DNA of 64,000 bases from Peptococcaceae bacterium. Its GTDB lineage: Bacteria > Bacillota > UBA994. A program made the position numbers and the translations under genes. The stretch spans positions 834-64,833 of the forward strand of contig JAGXSS010000108.1 of NCBI GenBank assembly GCA_018334055.1, written 5' to 3'. Of the stretch, positions 27,685 through 36,685 are shown one piece after another; position 1 is the first letter of the stretch, and every line of letters starts with the position of its first letter. The notes beneath the pieces are model-generated. The model made no database searches and was not told the origin of the DNA. It worked only from the letters and a program-made list of their open reading frames with translations.

Positions 27685-28409
27685 CAGTGGCAAAGTGGGG
27701 TCCTACAGGTGCTGAACGAGAGCGGATGCTGCAATCTTTCTTGCCGCTAGTCGGCCGCATTGCCGCACGGATTTACATCCCGAACCCCGCGGTCATCGAC
27801 AAAGAAGATTTGATATCGCAAGGTGTTATTGGTTTACTAGAAGCCATCGAAAAATACAACCCCGAGCGAGATGTGAGTTTCGAATCCTTCGTCTATCGCC
27901 GCGTGCACGGCGCGATGATTGACTCCATCAGGGCGGTTAGTTTTAGCACGCGCACCGTCAATGACCGCGTTAAACAGTATCGGGTGGCAGAAGACAGGCT
28001 AATGGCCGCAGGGGAAAGCGTCACTGAGGAGAATGTAGCCAAGTTGATGGGCCTGTCACTGATGCAAGTGCGCGAAATTCTTGGGCATATTTTCTTACGG
28101 GCCGTTGTTTCCCTGGACAAGGTGCTATATTCTGATGATGGGGATGAGTGTGCCGCTTTAGAAGCCATCGGTTCCCATACCAGCCCCAACCCCGCACAAA
28201 TCCTTGAGGAAGCTGAACTACGGGCCGGGTTGGTCGCGGCCTTGGAAACGTTGGCACTGCGTGACAGACAGTTACTTAACATGTACTATGTTGAGGAGAT
28301 GACCTTAAAAGAAATTGCCGCCGTATTTGAGGTGACCGAAGGCAGGGTCTCGCAACTCCATGCGCGGGCACTACTGCGACTGAGAAATATTCTTCGACAG
28401 GGGGTGTAG
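27681..28409 (+). CDS. sigD: Flagellar sigma factor sigma-D / FliA
   Basis: EDLISQGVIGLLEAIEKY, GAMID..R, region 4 YYVEEMTLKEIA.VF.VTEGRVSQLH. Confidence 0.93.
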   Translation: MTVAKWGPTGAERERMLQSFLPLVGRIAARIYIPNPAVIDKEDLISQGVIGLLEAIEKYNPERDVSFESFVYRRVHGAMIDSIRAVSFSTRTVNDRVKQYRVAEDRLMAAGESVTEENVAKLMGLSLMQVREILGHIFLRAVVSLDKVLYSDDGDECAALEAIGSHTSPNPAQILEEAELRAGLVAALETLALRDRQLLNMYYVEEMTLKEIAAVFEVTEGRVSQLHARALLRLRNILRQGV

Positions 28410-28417
28410 GGACTGTC

Positions 28418-28759
28418 ATGATGTACTTTGTTCTTTTCTTTCTCGGCCTGGTGGTCGGCGTTTTGGGAACATATATCTACCTTAAGCTCAGTCATGAGGT
28501 CGCCGACCAACAGGGGCAGCGACTGGAAGCCCGACTGCAGTCCCTCGAAGAGCAGGTGTCCTTTTTGGCACTACAGTTTGAGGATGGACAAAAAGCAATG
28601 CCATTACCGCGCACCAGAAAGAAGACTGCGCCGAGCGACAACCATCAAAAGGCCTTGAGCCTGCTGGCGGACGGATCTGATCCGGGCACGGTGGCTCGCA
28701 CCATCAACATGCCCCTAGGGCAGGTTGAACTTCTAAACAAACTGTACAGGAAGGAATGA
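28418..28759 (+). CDS. Membrane-anchored coiled-coil/HTH protein, SwrB(YlxL)-like
   Basis: N-terminal TM, coiled coil, C-terminal L..G.....VARTINM..GQVELL; same position as swrB after sigD in Bacillota. Confidence 0.6.
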   Translation: MMYFVLFFLGLVVGVLGTYIYLKLSHEVADQQGQRLEARLQSLEEQVSFLALQFEDGQKAMPLPRTRKKTAPSDNHQKALSLLADGSDPGTVARTINMPLGQVELLNKLYRKE

Positions 28760-29505
28760 AGCACATGCTCAGGGGATTGTATCAAGCTACAGCGGCGATG
28801 GCTATTGCCAAAGCCAAGCAAGAAAATATCTCCGGCAATATCGCCAACGTGGAAACAGTGGGCTTTAAGCGCCAAGTGTTGAGTGAAGAGGTGTTTTCTC
28901 AGGCGATGCTCCTGGCACAGGTGGGGCCGCTAGCCAACGCTCTTGGGTCATCCACAGCCCGCCCCGCCATCAGCGAACCAAGGCTTGACTGGGGTCTGGG
29001 GCACGTGACTGCTTCGGATTCTCCTTTTCACCTAGCCTTAGGCGGGGGTGGTTTTTTTGCCATTATGACCGTGGATGGACTGCGCTACAGTCGGGCAGGG
29101 GATTTTCGTCTTGACGCCGAAGGTTACCTGGCAGATGCTTTTGGTGGCCGGTTACTGCTAAGCGACGGGCAGCCATTGCGCTTTACGGGTAATAACTTTC
29201 GTGTCGATACAAGTGGGGAAGTCTTTCAAGATGATGTTTCGGTTGGCATTCTCCAAGTGGCGGATTTTGCCGACCGCAATGCTTTGCTGAAGGATAGCCA
29301 AGGGCAGTTTATGGCCAATGGTCTGGCGCCAATTGCCGTCATCCCAGAGGTAAAGCAATTCCATCTAGAGCTCTCAAACGTAGACCTAGCCAAGGAGATC
29401 ATGGAAATGCTCCTCGTAACGCGAGTTTTTCAAAGTGCCCAACGCATCGTAGCTACATACGACCAACTGATGGAAAGGGCTCGCGACATAGGAAGTGCAC
29501 GATAG
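28756..29505 (+). CDS. flgF: Basal-body rod protein FlgF/FlhO family
   Basis: MLRGLY, ISGNIANVETVGFK, YSRAGDF.LD..GYL, LELSNVD; start may be ATG 28765. Confidence 0.85.
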   Translation: MKHMLRGLYQATAAMAIAKAKQENISGNIANVETVGFKRQVLSEEVFSQAMLLAQVGPLANALGSSTARPAISEPRLDWGLGHVTASDSPFHLALGGGGFFAIMTVDGLRYSRAGDFRLDAEGYLADAFGGRLLLSDGQPLRFTGNNFRVDTSGEVFQDDVSVGILQVADFADRNALLKDSQGQFMANGLAPIAVIPEVKQFHLELSNVDLAKEIMEMLLVTRVFQSAQRIVATYDQLMERARDIGSAR

Positions 29506-29517
29506 GGGGGTGAAAGA

Positions 29518-30267
29518 ATGCTGGCTGGCATTAAACGTAGTTTCAGTGGTTTGATGGCCCAAATGCAACGTCTCTCAGTGAAGGGAGCCAATATTGCTAA
29601 CGCTACTACTCCTGGGTTTAAGCGGACAGAAGGGACATTTAGTGAGCTGCTCTTGTCGGGGCTTGACGGCAGGCATGTGCCTGTCATCTCCGGCGAGGGT
29701 AGTAACCTCACCCGGGGGGTGGAGTTTCAGGGAGAACTTCTTTTCACTCAGGGGGGCTTAGTAGCAACCGGCCGACCTTTGGATATTGCAGTCGAGGGGC
29801 GCGGGCTGATAGCTCTCGTTGATGGGGCGGGACGCACGAGCTATACGCGTAACGGCAGCTTCACCCTGGATGGGTCGGGGCGCATAGTCCATAGTTCCGG
29901 GGGATGGCTCGAAGGACTGGTTGTTCCGACCGATGCCACCATCATTGATATCGACCAAGAGGGGATGGTGTCGGTCGCCCACGAAGGCGGCGTTGTCGAA
30001 ATTGGGCGTATACGCCTAATTTCGTTTCTTAACCCCGCCGGATTGGATAGCATTGGTCAATCTACTTATGCTGCTACGGAAAACTCGGGCCCTGCAGAGA
30101 TAGATGATCAAGCGAAATTACACCAAGGCTACCTAGAGTTAAGCAATGTTTCCCTCGCCGATGAGATGACCTCACTCATCAGGGCACAGAGGGCTTACCA
30201 GGCAAGTAGTCACGCGGTGCGTACTTTAGATGAGATGTGGGAAAATGTCAATGCGTTGCGCAGGTAG
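29518..30267 (+). CDS. flgG: Distal rod protein FlgG/FlhP family
   Basis: NIANATTPGFK, TGRPLDIA.EG.G, YTRNGSF, QGYLELSNV...EM..LI.AQRAYQ. Confidence 0.88.
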   Translation: MLAGIKRSFSGLMAQMQRLSVKGANIANATTPGFKRTEGTFSELLLSGLDGRHVPVISGEGSNLTRGVEFQGELLFTQGGLVATGRPLDIAVEGRGLIALVDGAGRTSYTRNGSFTLDGSGRIVHSSGGWLEGLVVPTDATIIDIDQEGMVSVAHEGGVVEIGRIRLISFLNPAGLDSIGQSTYAATENSGPAEIDDQAKLHQGYLELSNVSLADEMTSLIRAQRAYQASSHAVRTLDEMWENVNALRR

Positions 30268-30283
30268 TCGGGAGGATTAACGA

Positions 30284-30757
30284 TTGGATCACTACGTTGG
30301 AATTGGGGAGCTCTGCGTTGCGCGTGCCCCTAGCACAATTGTCACCCGAGGATTAGGATCATGTGTGGGGGTGGTGCTACACGACATCAATCGCAGTGTC
30401 GGAGGTCTGGCTCATATAATGCTCCCCAGCAGCACTGACTTCACCAGTTATACTAATCCCCATAAGTTCGCCGATTTGGCCATACCAGCTATGCACGAGC
30501 AGTTACTGCAGCTAGGTGGTCGTAATTTTAAGGCACGCATAGCCGGCGGAGCTAAAATGTTCGCGACGGTCTCGGAGCGCGCCGGATTTGATGTGGGGGT
30601 CCGCAATGTTGAGCGGGTGCGTCAAGTATTGCGCCAACTCGGCATCGCCATTGTGAACGAGGATGTGGGAGGTAGCGTTGGTCGTACTGTGACATTTGAG
30701 GTTTCTACCGGAAGCGTCAAGGTGAGGTCGGTGGGGCGAGGTGAACAGGTACTTTGA
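30284..30757 (+). CDS. cheD: Chemoreceptor glutamine deamidase CheD
   Basis: GLGSCVG, GLAHIMLP, KFAD, AGGA.MF, G.RN, EDVGG..GRT. Confidence 0.96.
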   Translation: MDHYVGIGELCVARAPSTIVTRGLGSCVGVVLHDINRSVGGLAHIMLPSSTDFTSYTNPHKFADLAIPAMHEQLLQLGGRNFKARIAGGAKMFATVSERAGFDVGVRNVERVRQVLRQLGIAIVNEDVGGSVGRTVTFEVSTGSVKVRSVGRGEQVL

Positions 30758-31536
30758 TGGAAGAGATTCATTTAAGTAAATTTAAACAGCGCTTGAAAAG
30801 CCATTATGGGCTAGATCTTGAACTCTACAAAGAGGCGCAAATAATGAGACGACTTCGGGGGTATATGCAGCGGCACCAACTTAGTGGGTTTGCGGAGCTT
30901 GAAAATTACATTGGGTCTAGCCATCAGGCGACGCACCTCATTGATTACTTGGACATCAATGTTTCCGAATTTTTTAGAAACCCTGAGCTCTTTACTTACT
31001 TGGAGCAGGAAATTTTATCTAGGTGGTTGACCAAAAATCCACCTGTGCGCATTTGGAGTGCGGGCTGCTCGATTGGAGCCGAACCATATTCTCTGGCGAT
31101 TGCCGTACTCGAAGCAGGTTTTCGAGCGCTGCCATCCATTTGGGCGACAGATCTTGACGCCGGTGCCCTGCAGCAGGCCAAAGCCGGACAATACGCCTTG
31201 CAAGATGTGCGCAATGTTACACCTAGTCGTTTGAAGAAGTATTTCGACCTCGCCGGTGACAACGTCACAGTCAAACCAGTACTCAAGGAGCGCCTGCAGT
31301 TTGCCAGGCATGACTTGCTCTGTGACCCCATTAAAGGCAGTTTTGAATTGATCGTCTGTCGCAATGTGGCCATCTATTTTACTGAGGATGCTAAGACGGC
31401 GATGCTAAAGCGGTTTGCTGCTGCTCTAGCCAACGATGGAATATTGTTTACCGGGGCCACCGAAAGCTATTTAAATTACCGCGAACTTGGCTTAAACCGT
31501 GTGTCCTCTTGTTTCTATCGGAAAGAAGGTGCGTAG
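30754..31536 (+). CDS. cheR: Chemotaxis methyltransferase CheR
   Basis: INVSEFFRN, IWSAGCSIGAEPYSLA, HDLL, LIVCRNV.IYF. Confidence 0.96.
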   Translation: MMEEIHLSKFKQRLKSHYGLDLELYKEAQIMRRLRGYMQRHQLSGFAELENYIGSSHQATHLIDYLDINVSEFFRNPELFTYLEQEILSRWLTKNPPVRIWSAGCSIGAEPYSLAIAVLEAGFRALPSIWATDLDAGALQQAKAGQYALQDVRNVTPSRLKKYFDLAGDNVTVKPVLKERLQFARHDLLCDPIKGSFELIVCRNVAIYFTEDAKTAMLKRFAAALANDGILFTGATESYLNYRELGLNRVSSCFYRKEGA

Positions 31537-32145
31537 ATGCAACAGGTCTCTAGCTTTCAATTGGATGTCCTGAATGAAATTGGTAACATAGGGGCAGGTA
31601 ATGCGGCCACGGCTCTTTCACTCCTTATGGGGAGTCCTGTTGACATGACCTTGCCTTGGACTAAATTTTGTCCGCTCGAAGAGGGTTGCGCCTTGCTAAG
31701 CCGTCCGGATGAAGTTGGTGTGGGCGTGCAGGTAGGGCTTGATGGGAGTGTCACCGGTCGAATGCTCCTTACTTTCGATGAGGCGAGTGCACTACATATT
31801 TTGCTGGCCTTCGGGGACATGTTGCCGGAAAAGGATTTGGACAATGAAATGGCGCGTTCAGCACTTATGGAAGTGGGTAATATTGTCGCGGGGTCGTTTG
31901 TCACCGCGCTTTCCGAGTTCTTAAAGGCGTCCGCCTGGTGCAGCCCCCCGACCTTGGTGCATGATTATTTTGATGCATTTGTCTGCACAGTAATGGTCAG
32001 TGGTTGCCAAGACACGGACTATGTATTAGTCTTTAAGACGGAGCTTCAAGTTGGGGGCAAGGTGCTACACAGTGACCTGGCATTTATGCCGGCGGAAGAC
32101 TCTTTTCGTATGATTATGAACGCGCTAGGAGCAACAGGGGGGTAA
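31537..32145 (+). CDS. cheC: CheY-P phosphatase CheC
   Basis: LNEIGNIGAGNAATALS and ALMEVGNI (two ExxN motifs), PP. Confidence 0.95.
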   Translation: MQQVSSFQLDVLNEIGNIGAGNAATALSLLMGSPVDMTLPWTKFCPLEEGCALLSRPDEVGVGVQVGLDGSVTGRMLLTFDEASALHILLAFGDMLPEKDLDNEMARSALMEVGNIVAGSFVTALSEFLKASAWCSPPTLVHDYFDAFVCTVMVSGCQDTDYVLVFKTELQVGGKVLHSDLAFMPAEDSFRMIMNALGATGG

Positions 32146-32149
32146 TGTT

Positions 32150-32512
32150 TTGGGAAAGAAAATATTAGTGGTGGACGATGCGGCATTTATGCGCATGATG
32201 CTCTCTGATCACCTCACCAAGGCGGGATTTGAGGTTGTCGGACAAGCAGAAAACGGGGCGGTGGCCATTATTAAGTACAAGGAGCTACGGCCAGATATGG
32301 TGACCATGGATATTACCATGCCCGAGATGGATGGTATCCAAGCCGTAAAAGAAATCAAAAAATTCGACCCTGCGGCGCGTATTGTTATGTGTAGCGCCAT
32401 GGGGCAACAACAGATGGTGATGGAGGCCATTCAAGCCGGGGCGCGGGATTTCATTGTCAAGCCATTTGATGTGACAAGAGTTGTGCAAGCAGTAACCAAG
32501 GCTCTCTCCTAG
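32150..32512 (+). CDS. cheY: Chemotaxis response regulator CheY
   Basis: ILVVDDAAFMRMML, TMDITMPEMDG, MCSAMGQQ, FIVKPF. Confidence 0.97.
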   Translation: MGKKILVVDDAAFMRMMLSDHLTKAGFEVVGQAENGAVAIIKYKELRPDMVTMDITMPEMDGIQAVKEIKKFDPAARIVMCSAMGQQQMVMEAIQAGARDFIVKPFDVTRVVQAVTKALS

Positions 32513-32520
32513 GTCGCGTC

Positions 32521-33504
32521 ATGCGGGAAATACTTAGTCAAGCTGAGATTGATAGCCTTCTCAAGAGCTTGGAGCAAGGGGAAGTTGAAACTGTCGGGGT
32601 TCAGAAAGAGCAGCTTAAGGTGCGCAAGTATGATTTCCGCCGCCCCAATCGGTTCTCCAAGAATAATCTACGCAATCTCTCGCAAGTCCACGAAAACTTT
32701 GCGCGACAGTTAGCTAACTTTTTAACCGCATATTTACGCACCCCAGTGCAGGTTAAAGTAGCCACCATCGATCAAGTGGCGTTTGAGGACTTTGTTGTTT
32801 CCTTGCCTGGGCATACTGTCGCTACGGTTTTTTCTATGAATGAGCACGGTCTCGCTTTGTTTGACGCCGGCACGGATCTCATTATTCCGATAATCGATCT
32901 CATCTGTGGTGGCGCAGGCGACCCGGTCAAGAAATCCCGTTCACTCACCGAGATAGAGCTAGCAATTTATCGCCGCGTGTGCCTCCATATTTTGGAGCGC
33001 TATGAATCTGTCTGGGGAGATTTTGCCAAAGTCTCGTGCTCGATACGGTCTATGGAGACAAACCCCCGGCTTATACAGGCCATGTCCGGCGGGGAGATGG
33101 TCGCGGTCACGGCCTTGACCGTGGCGATAAACCGCAGCCAGGGCGTTCTGATGTTCTGTCTCCCCTTCCCCTCTCTGGAACAGATATTGGGTAAGAAGTC
33201 TGAGGCCATCTCCGCCATAGATGCATCTACGGTACAACTGCAGTGGCTAACGCGGCAAAAGATCCTGAGCGCTGCCGCTTTAGATTTGACGGCGATGCTT
33301 GGGGGCAATGAAATTACCGTGCGAGAGTTCCTGCAGCTTAGTGCCGGAGATGTCTTTACTTTGAGTACGAAGCTCGACGGTTTTGTCGAGCTACTGGTGG
33401 AAAATAATCGAACGTTTCTCGCTCAACCGGGGATGATAGGTAGACAAATGGCGGTGCAAATAGTGACGACGCTGTCAGAAGGAAGTGACGGGATTGACCA
33501 ATAG
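32521..33504 (+). CDS. fliM: Motor switch protein FliM
   Basis: ILSQAEIDSLL, YDFRRP, ETNP, C-terminal SpoA-like domain. Confidence 0.96.
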   Translation: MREILSQAEIDSLLKSLEQGEVETVGVQKEQLKVRKYDFRRPNRFSKNNLRNLSQVHENFARQLANFLTAYLRTPVQVKVATIDQVAFEDFVVSLPGHTVATVFSMNEHGLALFDAGTDLIIPIIDLICGGAGDPVKKSRSLTEIELAIYRRVCLHILERYESVWGDFAKVSCSIRSMETNPRLIQAMSGGEMVAVTALTVAINRSQGVLMFCLPFPSLEQILGKKSEAISAIDASTVQLQWLTRQKILSAAALDLTAMLGGNEITVREFLQLSAGDVFTLSTKLDGFVELLVENNRTFLAQPGMIGRQMAVQIVTTLSEGSDGIDQ

Positions 33505-34546
33505 GTATTTGTCGCAAGATGAGATAGACGCAATCCTCCACATGGGAGTAGCAAATGAGCTGTCCACACTGAGTGCCATGGAGGCTGACGCCATTGGGGA
33601 GGTCGGCAATATCTCGATGGGTACGGCGGCCACAACGCTTTCTCAACTTCTTGGCCAACGCGTCAGCATCACCACGCCACGGGTGACCGTCACCACCCTA
33701 GCGGGACTCTATGCGCAGTTTTCTGTACCCTATCTAGCCATATCAGTTAATTATACTAAGGGCCTGGCTGGGTACAATCTTTTGGTAGTTCGCAATGACG
33801 ATGCCGCCGTGATTGCGGATTTAATGATGGGTGGAGACGGCAGACCAGCATCGCTAGAACTTGATTATATGAGGATCAGCGCTGTCTCGGAAGTCATGAA
33901 CCAGATGATTGGCACGGCGGCGACCTCGATGCATTCCCTTTTTGGCCGACAAGTAAACATTTCACCTCCGAGCGTGGTGCAGTTCGATCACCCCCCCAAA
34001 CCTGATGCCAACCTCGATTTGAGTGAGGAGACGCTCGTCGTGGTGACTTTTCGCATGGTCATCGGCAGTTTTGTGGACAGCGAATTGTTGCAGATTATGC
34101 CTATGCGTAGCGCCCAGCAGATGGTTGAATTGCTCATGCCGCCCTCGCCATCACCCGCAAGGCATGATGTTCCTCCGCCAGTCGACCTGCCGTCTCCGAT
34201 TATCTCTGCGCCAGAGGTACCGGTTGTGCAACGCGCCCAATTTTCTCAACTACCACCCCCCCCTAGTTCTATTCCTGGGGCAAACATCGACCTGATACTT
34301 GACGTTCCTCTGCATGTTTCGGTCGTGCTGGGCAAGTGCCGGCGATCCATTAAAGATGTTATTACCATGGGCATCGGCAGTGTAGTTGAGCTTGATCGCA
34401 TGGTTGAAGACCAGGTGGACATTTTGGTCAACGGGACCCTCATTGCCAAGGGGGAAATTGTTGTCGTCAATGAAAACTTTGGCGTCAGACTGACGAGTAT
34501 ACTTAGCCCCGTGGAGCGGTTAAAGGAATTGGCCAAGGGCAAGTAA
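33485..34546 (+). CDS. fliY: Motor switch phosphatase FliY (CheC-like plus FliN domains)
   Basis: LSQDEIDA, DAIGEVGNISMG, SEVMNQM, C-terminal LILDVPL...GEIVVVNENFGVR; start may be TTG 33494. Confidence 0.95.
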   Translation: MTGLTNRYLSQDEIDAILHMGVANELSTLSAMEADAIGEVGNISMGTAATTLSQLLGQRVSITTPRVTVTTLAGLYAQFSVPYLAISVNYTKGLAGYNLLVVRNDDAAVIADLMMGGDGRPASLELDYMRISAVSEVMNQMIGTAATSMHSLFGRQVNISPPSVVQFDHPPKPDANLDLSEETLVVVTFRMVIGSFVDSELLQIMPMRSAQQMVELLMPPSPSPARHDVPPPVDLPSPIISAPEVPVVQRAQFSQLPPPPSSIPGANIDLILDVPLHVSVVLGKCRRSIKDVITMGIGSVVELDRMVEDQVDILVNGTLIAKGEIVVVNENFGVRLTSILSPVERLKELAKGK

Positions 34547-34601
34547 TACTTGCTTAGGGATCCTATCCAGTTTGTTTCCATAACTTGCATCTAGTTGTCA
34601 T

Positions 34602-34630
34602 ACAGGGATGCGCGTCACCTTGGCGAATAA
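34602..34630 (+). promoter_or_regulatory. Putative sigma-H-like promoter of the NlpC/P60 gene
   Basis: ACAGGGAT...GGCGAATAA; AGGG-N17-GAAT, ending about 10 nt before SD GGAGGTG. Confidence 0.4.
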
Positions 34631-34653
34631 AAACGCTGGAGGTGACAAAAATT

Positions 34654-35481
34654 TTGTACAAAAAAACACTCGTCGCATTAGTCTTGCTGTCGCTCTTTGC
34701 TGTCATGGTGCCCGTAAGTTCCTTTGCTCAGACCTCGGTAGGGTTGCAGGTCGCAGCTCTGGCTAGGGCTCAGTCCGGAAGGCCGTTCGAGTTAGGGGGA
34801 GAAACCACTCGTGGTTTCGACGCGTCGGGGCTCTTGTCCTTCGTCTTTGGGCGTTTCGACATCCCGGTTCCTCGGACGGTTAGTGAGCAATTTGTGTTAG
34901 GTGAGAGAGTGGGTCGCAGCGATTTGCTGCCAGGGGATATAGTGCTCTTTACCCACGGCCAAGCACGGTGGACGGGCTTGTATGTGGGCGGTGACGAAGT
35001 GGTCTGGGCTAGCCGTAGTTTGGGGCGCGTGCGTCTCGCCAGTTTGAACGATGCAGCGGTCAGAGCCATGGTCGTGGGTGCGCGTCGCGTCATTCCTGTG
35101 CCACAAGTGGATCAAGCCCGTGCGGTCATTCTTACCGCCGAGCAAAGCTTGGGTGTTCCTTACTTGTTTGGCGCGGAGGGACCGGAGGCCTTCGATTGCT
35201 CAGGCTTCACTCAGTGGGTCTTTGCTGCTCGAGGCATCACCCTCCCCCGTACTTCCCGTGCGCAAGCCCTCGTTGGTCGCGCAGTATCGCGCGAGGCCAT
35301 GAAAATGGGCGACATCTTAGTTTTCGTGAACACCTATCGGGAAGGTATCTCCCATGTGGGGATCTACATCGGTGAGGGCCGGTTCATCCATGCCGTGCCG
35401 CGTTCTGGGGTATCTTATGCCAGTCTTAATCAAGACTATTGGAACACAAGGCTGCACAGCATACGGCGGGTGCTTCCCTAA
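34654..35481 (+). CDS. Secreted tandem NlpC/P60 (C40) cell-wall peptidase; first domain degenerate
   Basis: TTG start after GGAGGTG; signal peptide MYKKTLVALVLLSLFAVMVPVSSFA; domain 2 has PY.FG, FDCSGF, LPRTS..Q, HVGIYIG, FIHA. Confidence 0.92.
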   Translation: MYKKTLVALVLLSLFAVMVPVSSFAQTSVGLQVAALARAQSGRPFELGGETTRGFDASGLLSFVFGRFDIPVPRTVSEQFVLGERVGRSDLLPGDIVLFTHGQARWTGLYVGGDEVVWASRSLGRVRLASLNDAAVRAMVVGARRVIPVPQVDQARAVILTAEQSLGVPYLFGAEGPEAFDCSGFTQWVFAARGITLPRTSRAQALVGRAVSREAMKMGDILVFVNTYREGISHVGIYIGEGRFIHAVPRSGVSYASLNQDYWNTRLHSIRRVLP

Positions 35482-35505
35482 GAAAGTATTTAATCTGCGT
35501 ATTTT

Positions 35506-35536
35506 GGAAAGGCTGCGTGTGAGACGCAGCTTTTCC
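35506..35536 (+). terminator. Hairpin / probable terminator after the NlpC/P60 gene
   Basis: GGAAAGGCTGCGT-gtgag-ACGCAGCTTTTCC 13-bp stem. Confidence 0.65.
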
Positions 35537-35545
35537 TGTTATAAT
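35537..35545 (+). promoter_or_regulatory. Extended -10 sigma-A promoter of dprA-topA-trmFO
   Basis: TGtTATAAT 23 nt before the dprA ATG; no good -35. Confidence 0.55.
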
Positions 35546-35568
35546 TACCCTAGGCAGGAGGGGAGATT

Positions 35569-36645
35569 ATGGAGAGACGGCACTTTTATGCAGCACTCTC
35601 CCAGGTCGCGGGAGTGCGGCATGCGTCAATCGCGCATCTCAATATTCCTTCCGGTGGCATGTATGCGGCGAGTGACTTCGCAGGGGCAGGCCTAAACTTG
35701 CGCGTGGCGCAATCGGCAGCAAAAGCGCTCCGGGAATTTGACGCCGTAAGATGGGAACAGAGCCTGCACCTGGCCAATTGTCGGGCACTGGCCATTGGCG
35801 ATCCTCTCTATCCGAGCGCCCTCCTTGACATGTATGCGCCACCGCTCCTTCTATACTATCGCGGGTCGATAGGCAGCCACCCGCGTGTGGCCGTGGTGGG
35901 CACTCGTAAGGCTACCTTCTATGGACGGCAAGTGGTCGAGACCTTTGTCCCGCTCCTTGTTTCGGCTGAGCACAGCATCGTCAGTGGTTTAGCCCTGGGC
36001 ATAGATACTTATGCCCATCAGGTCACGCTCAACTTAGGCGGGCATACCATTGCGGTTCTAGGTTCTGGTCTCGATTCTATCTATCCACGGGCCAACAAGT
36101 GGCTCGCCGAGAGGATTGTCGATAGTGGTGGCGCGCTTTGCAGTGAATATGCCCCGGGCTCACCGCCGCTGCGACACCATTTTCCAGCCCGCAACCGCCT
36201 CATTAGTGGGTTAGCCAAGGCCTGCGTAGTGGTCGAAGGCGATTTTACCAGCGGGGCGCTGATCACTGCGACACACGCTCTTGAGCAAGGGCGCGAGGTG
36301 CTGGCGGTGCCAGGGAGCATCTTCAGCCCGCAAAGTAGGGGGACGAATTACCTGATCAGCCAAGGCGCAGTACCGTTGACCGACCCAGCCATATTGCTCG
36401 CGACGCTCGGCATAAATTCTATAGACACTATAGTTACGGATAATACGAAAAGAAGCCCCGATGCGAACCTGGTGCTCAGCACCTTAGGAGCTAGTGCGCT
36501 TACTGCGGACGATTTAGTGGTGGCACTTGGCCGGACTATATCTTTTGTGTTAGCAACTCTGAGCGAGCTAGAGATAGCAGGCGTTATCTCCCGCTTGCCA
36601 ACCGGTCAGTATATATGTCATAATCCGAGAGTTAGTCGGAAGTAA
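35569..36645 (+). CDS. dprA: DNA-processing protein DprA (Smf)
   Basis: VAVVGTR, IVSGLALGID, SEY.PG..P..HHFPARNRLISGL, SGALITA..ALEQGREV.AVPG. Confidence 0.97.
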   Translation: MERRHFYAALSQVAGVRHASIAHLNIPSGGMYAASDFAGAGLNLRVAQSAAKALREFDAVRWEQSLHLANCRALAIGDPLYPSALLDMYAPPLLLYYRGSIGSHPRVAVVGTRKATFYGRQVVETFVPLLVSAEHSIVSGLALGIDTYAHQVTLNLGGHTIAVLGSGLDSIYPRANKWLAERIVDSGGALCSEYAPGSPPLRHHFPARNRLISGLAKACVVVEGDFTSGALITATHALEQGREVLAVPGSIFSPQSRGTNYLISQGAVPLTDPAILLATLGINSIDTIVTDNTKRSPDANLVLSTLGASALTADDLVVALGRTISFVLATLSELEIAGVISRLPTGQYICHNPRVSRK

Positions 36646-36685
36646 GGCGTGACTAGGCTATAAACATAGAAGCAGGGGTGTGTTG

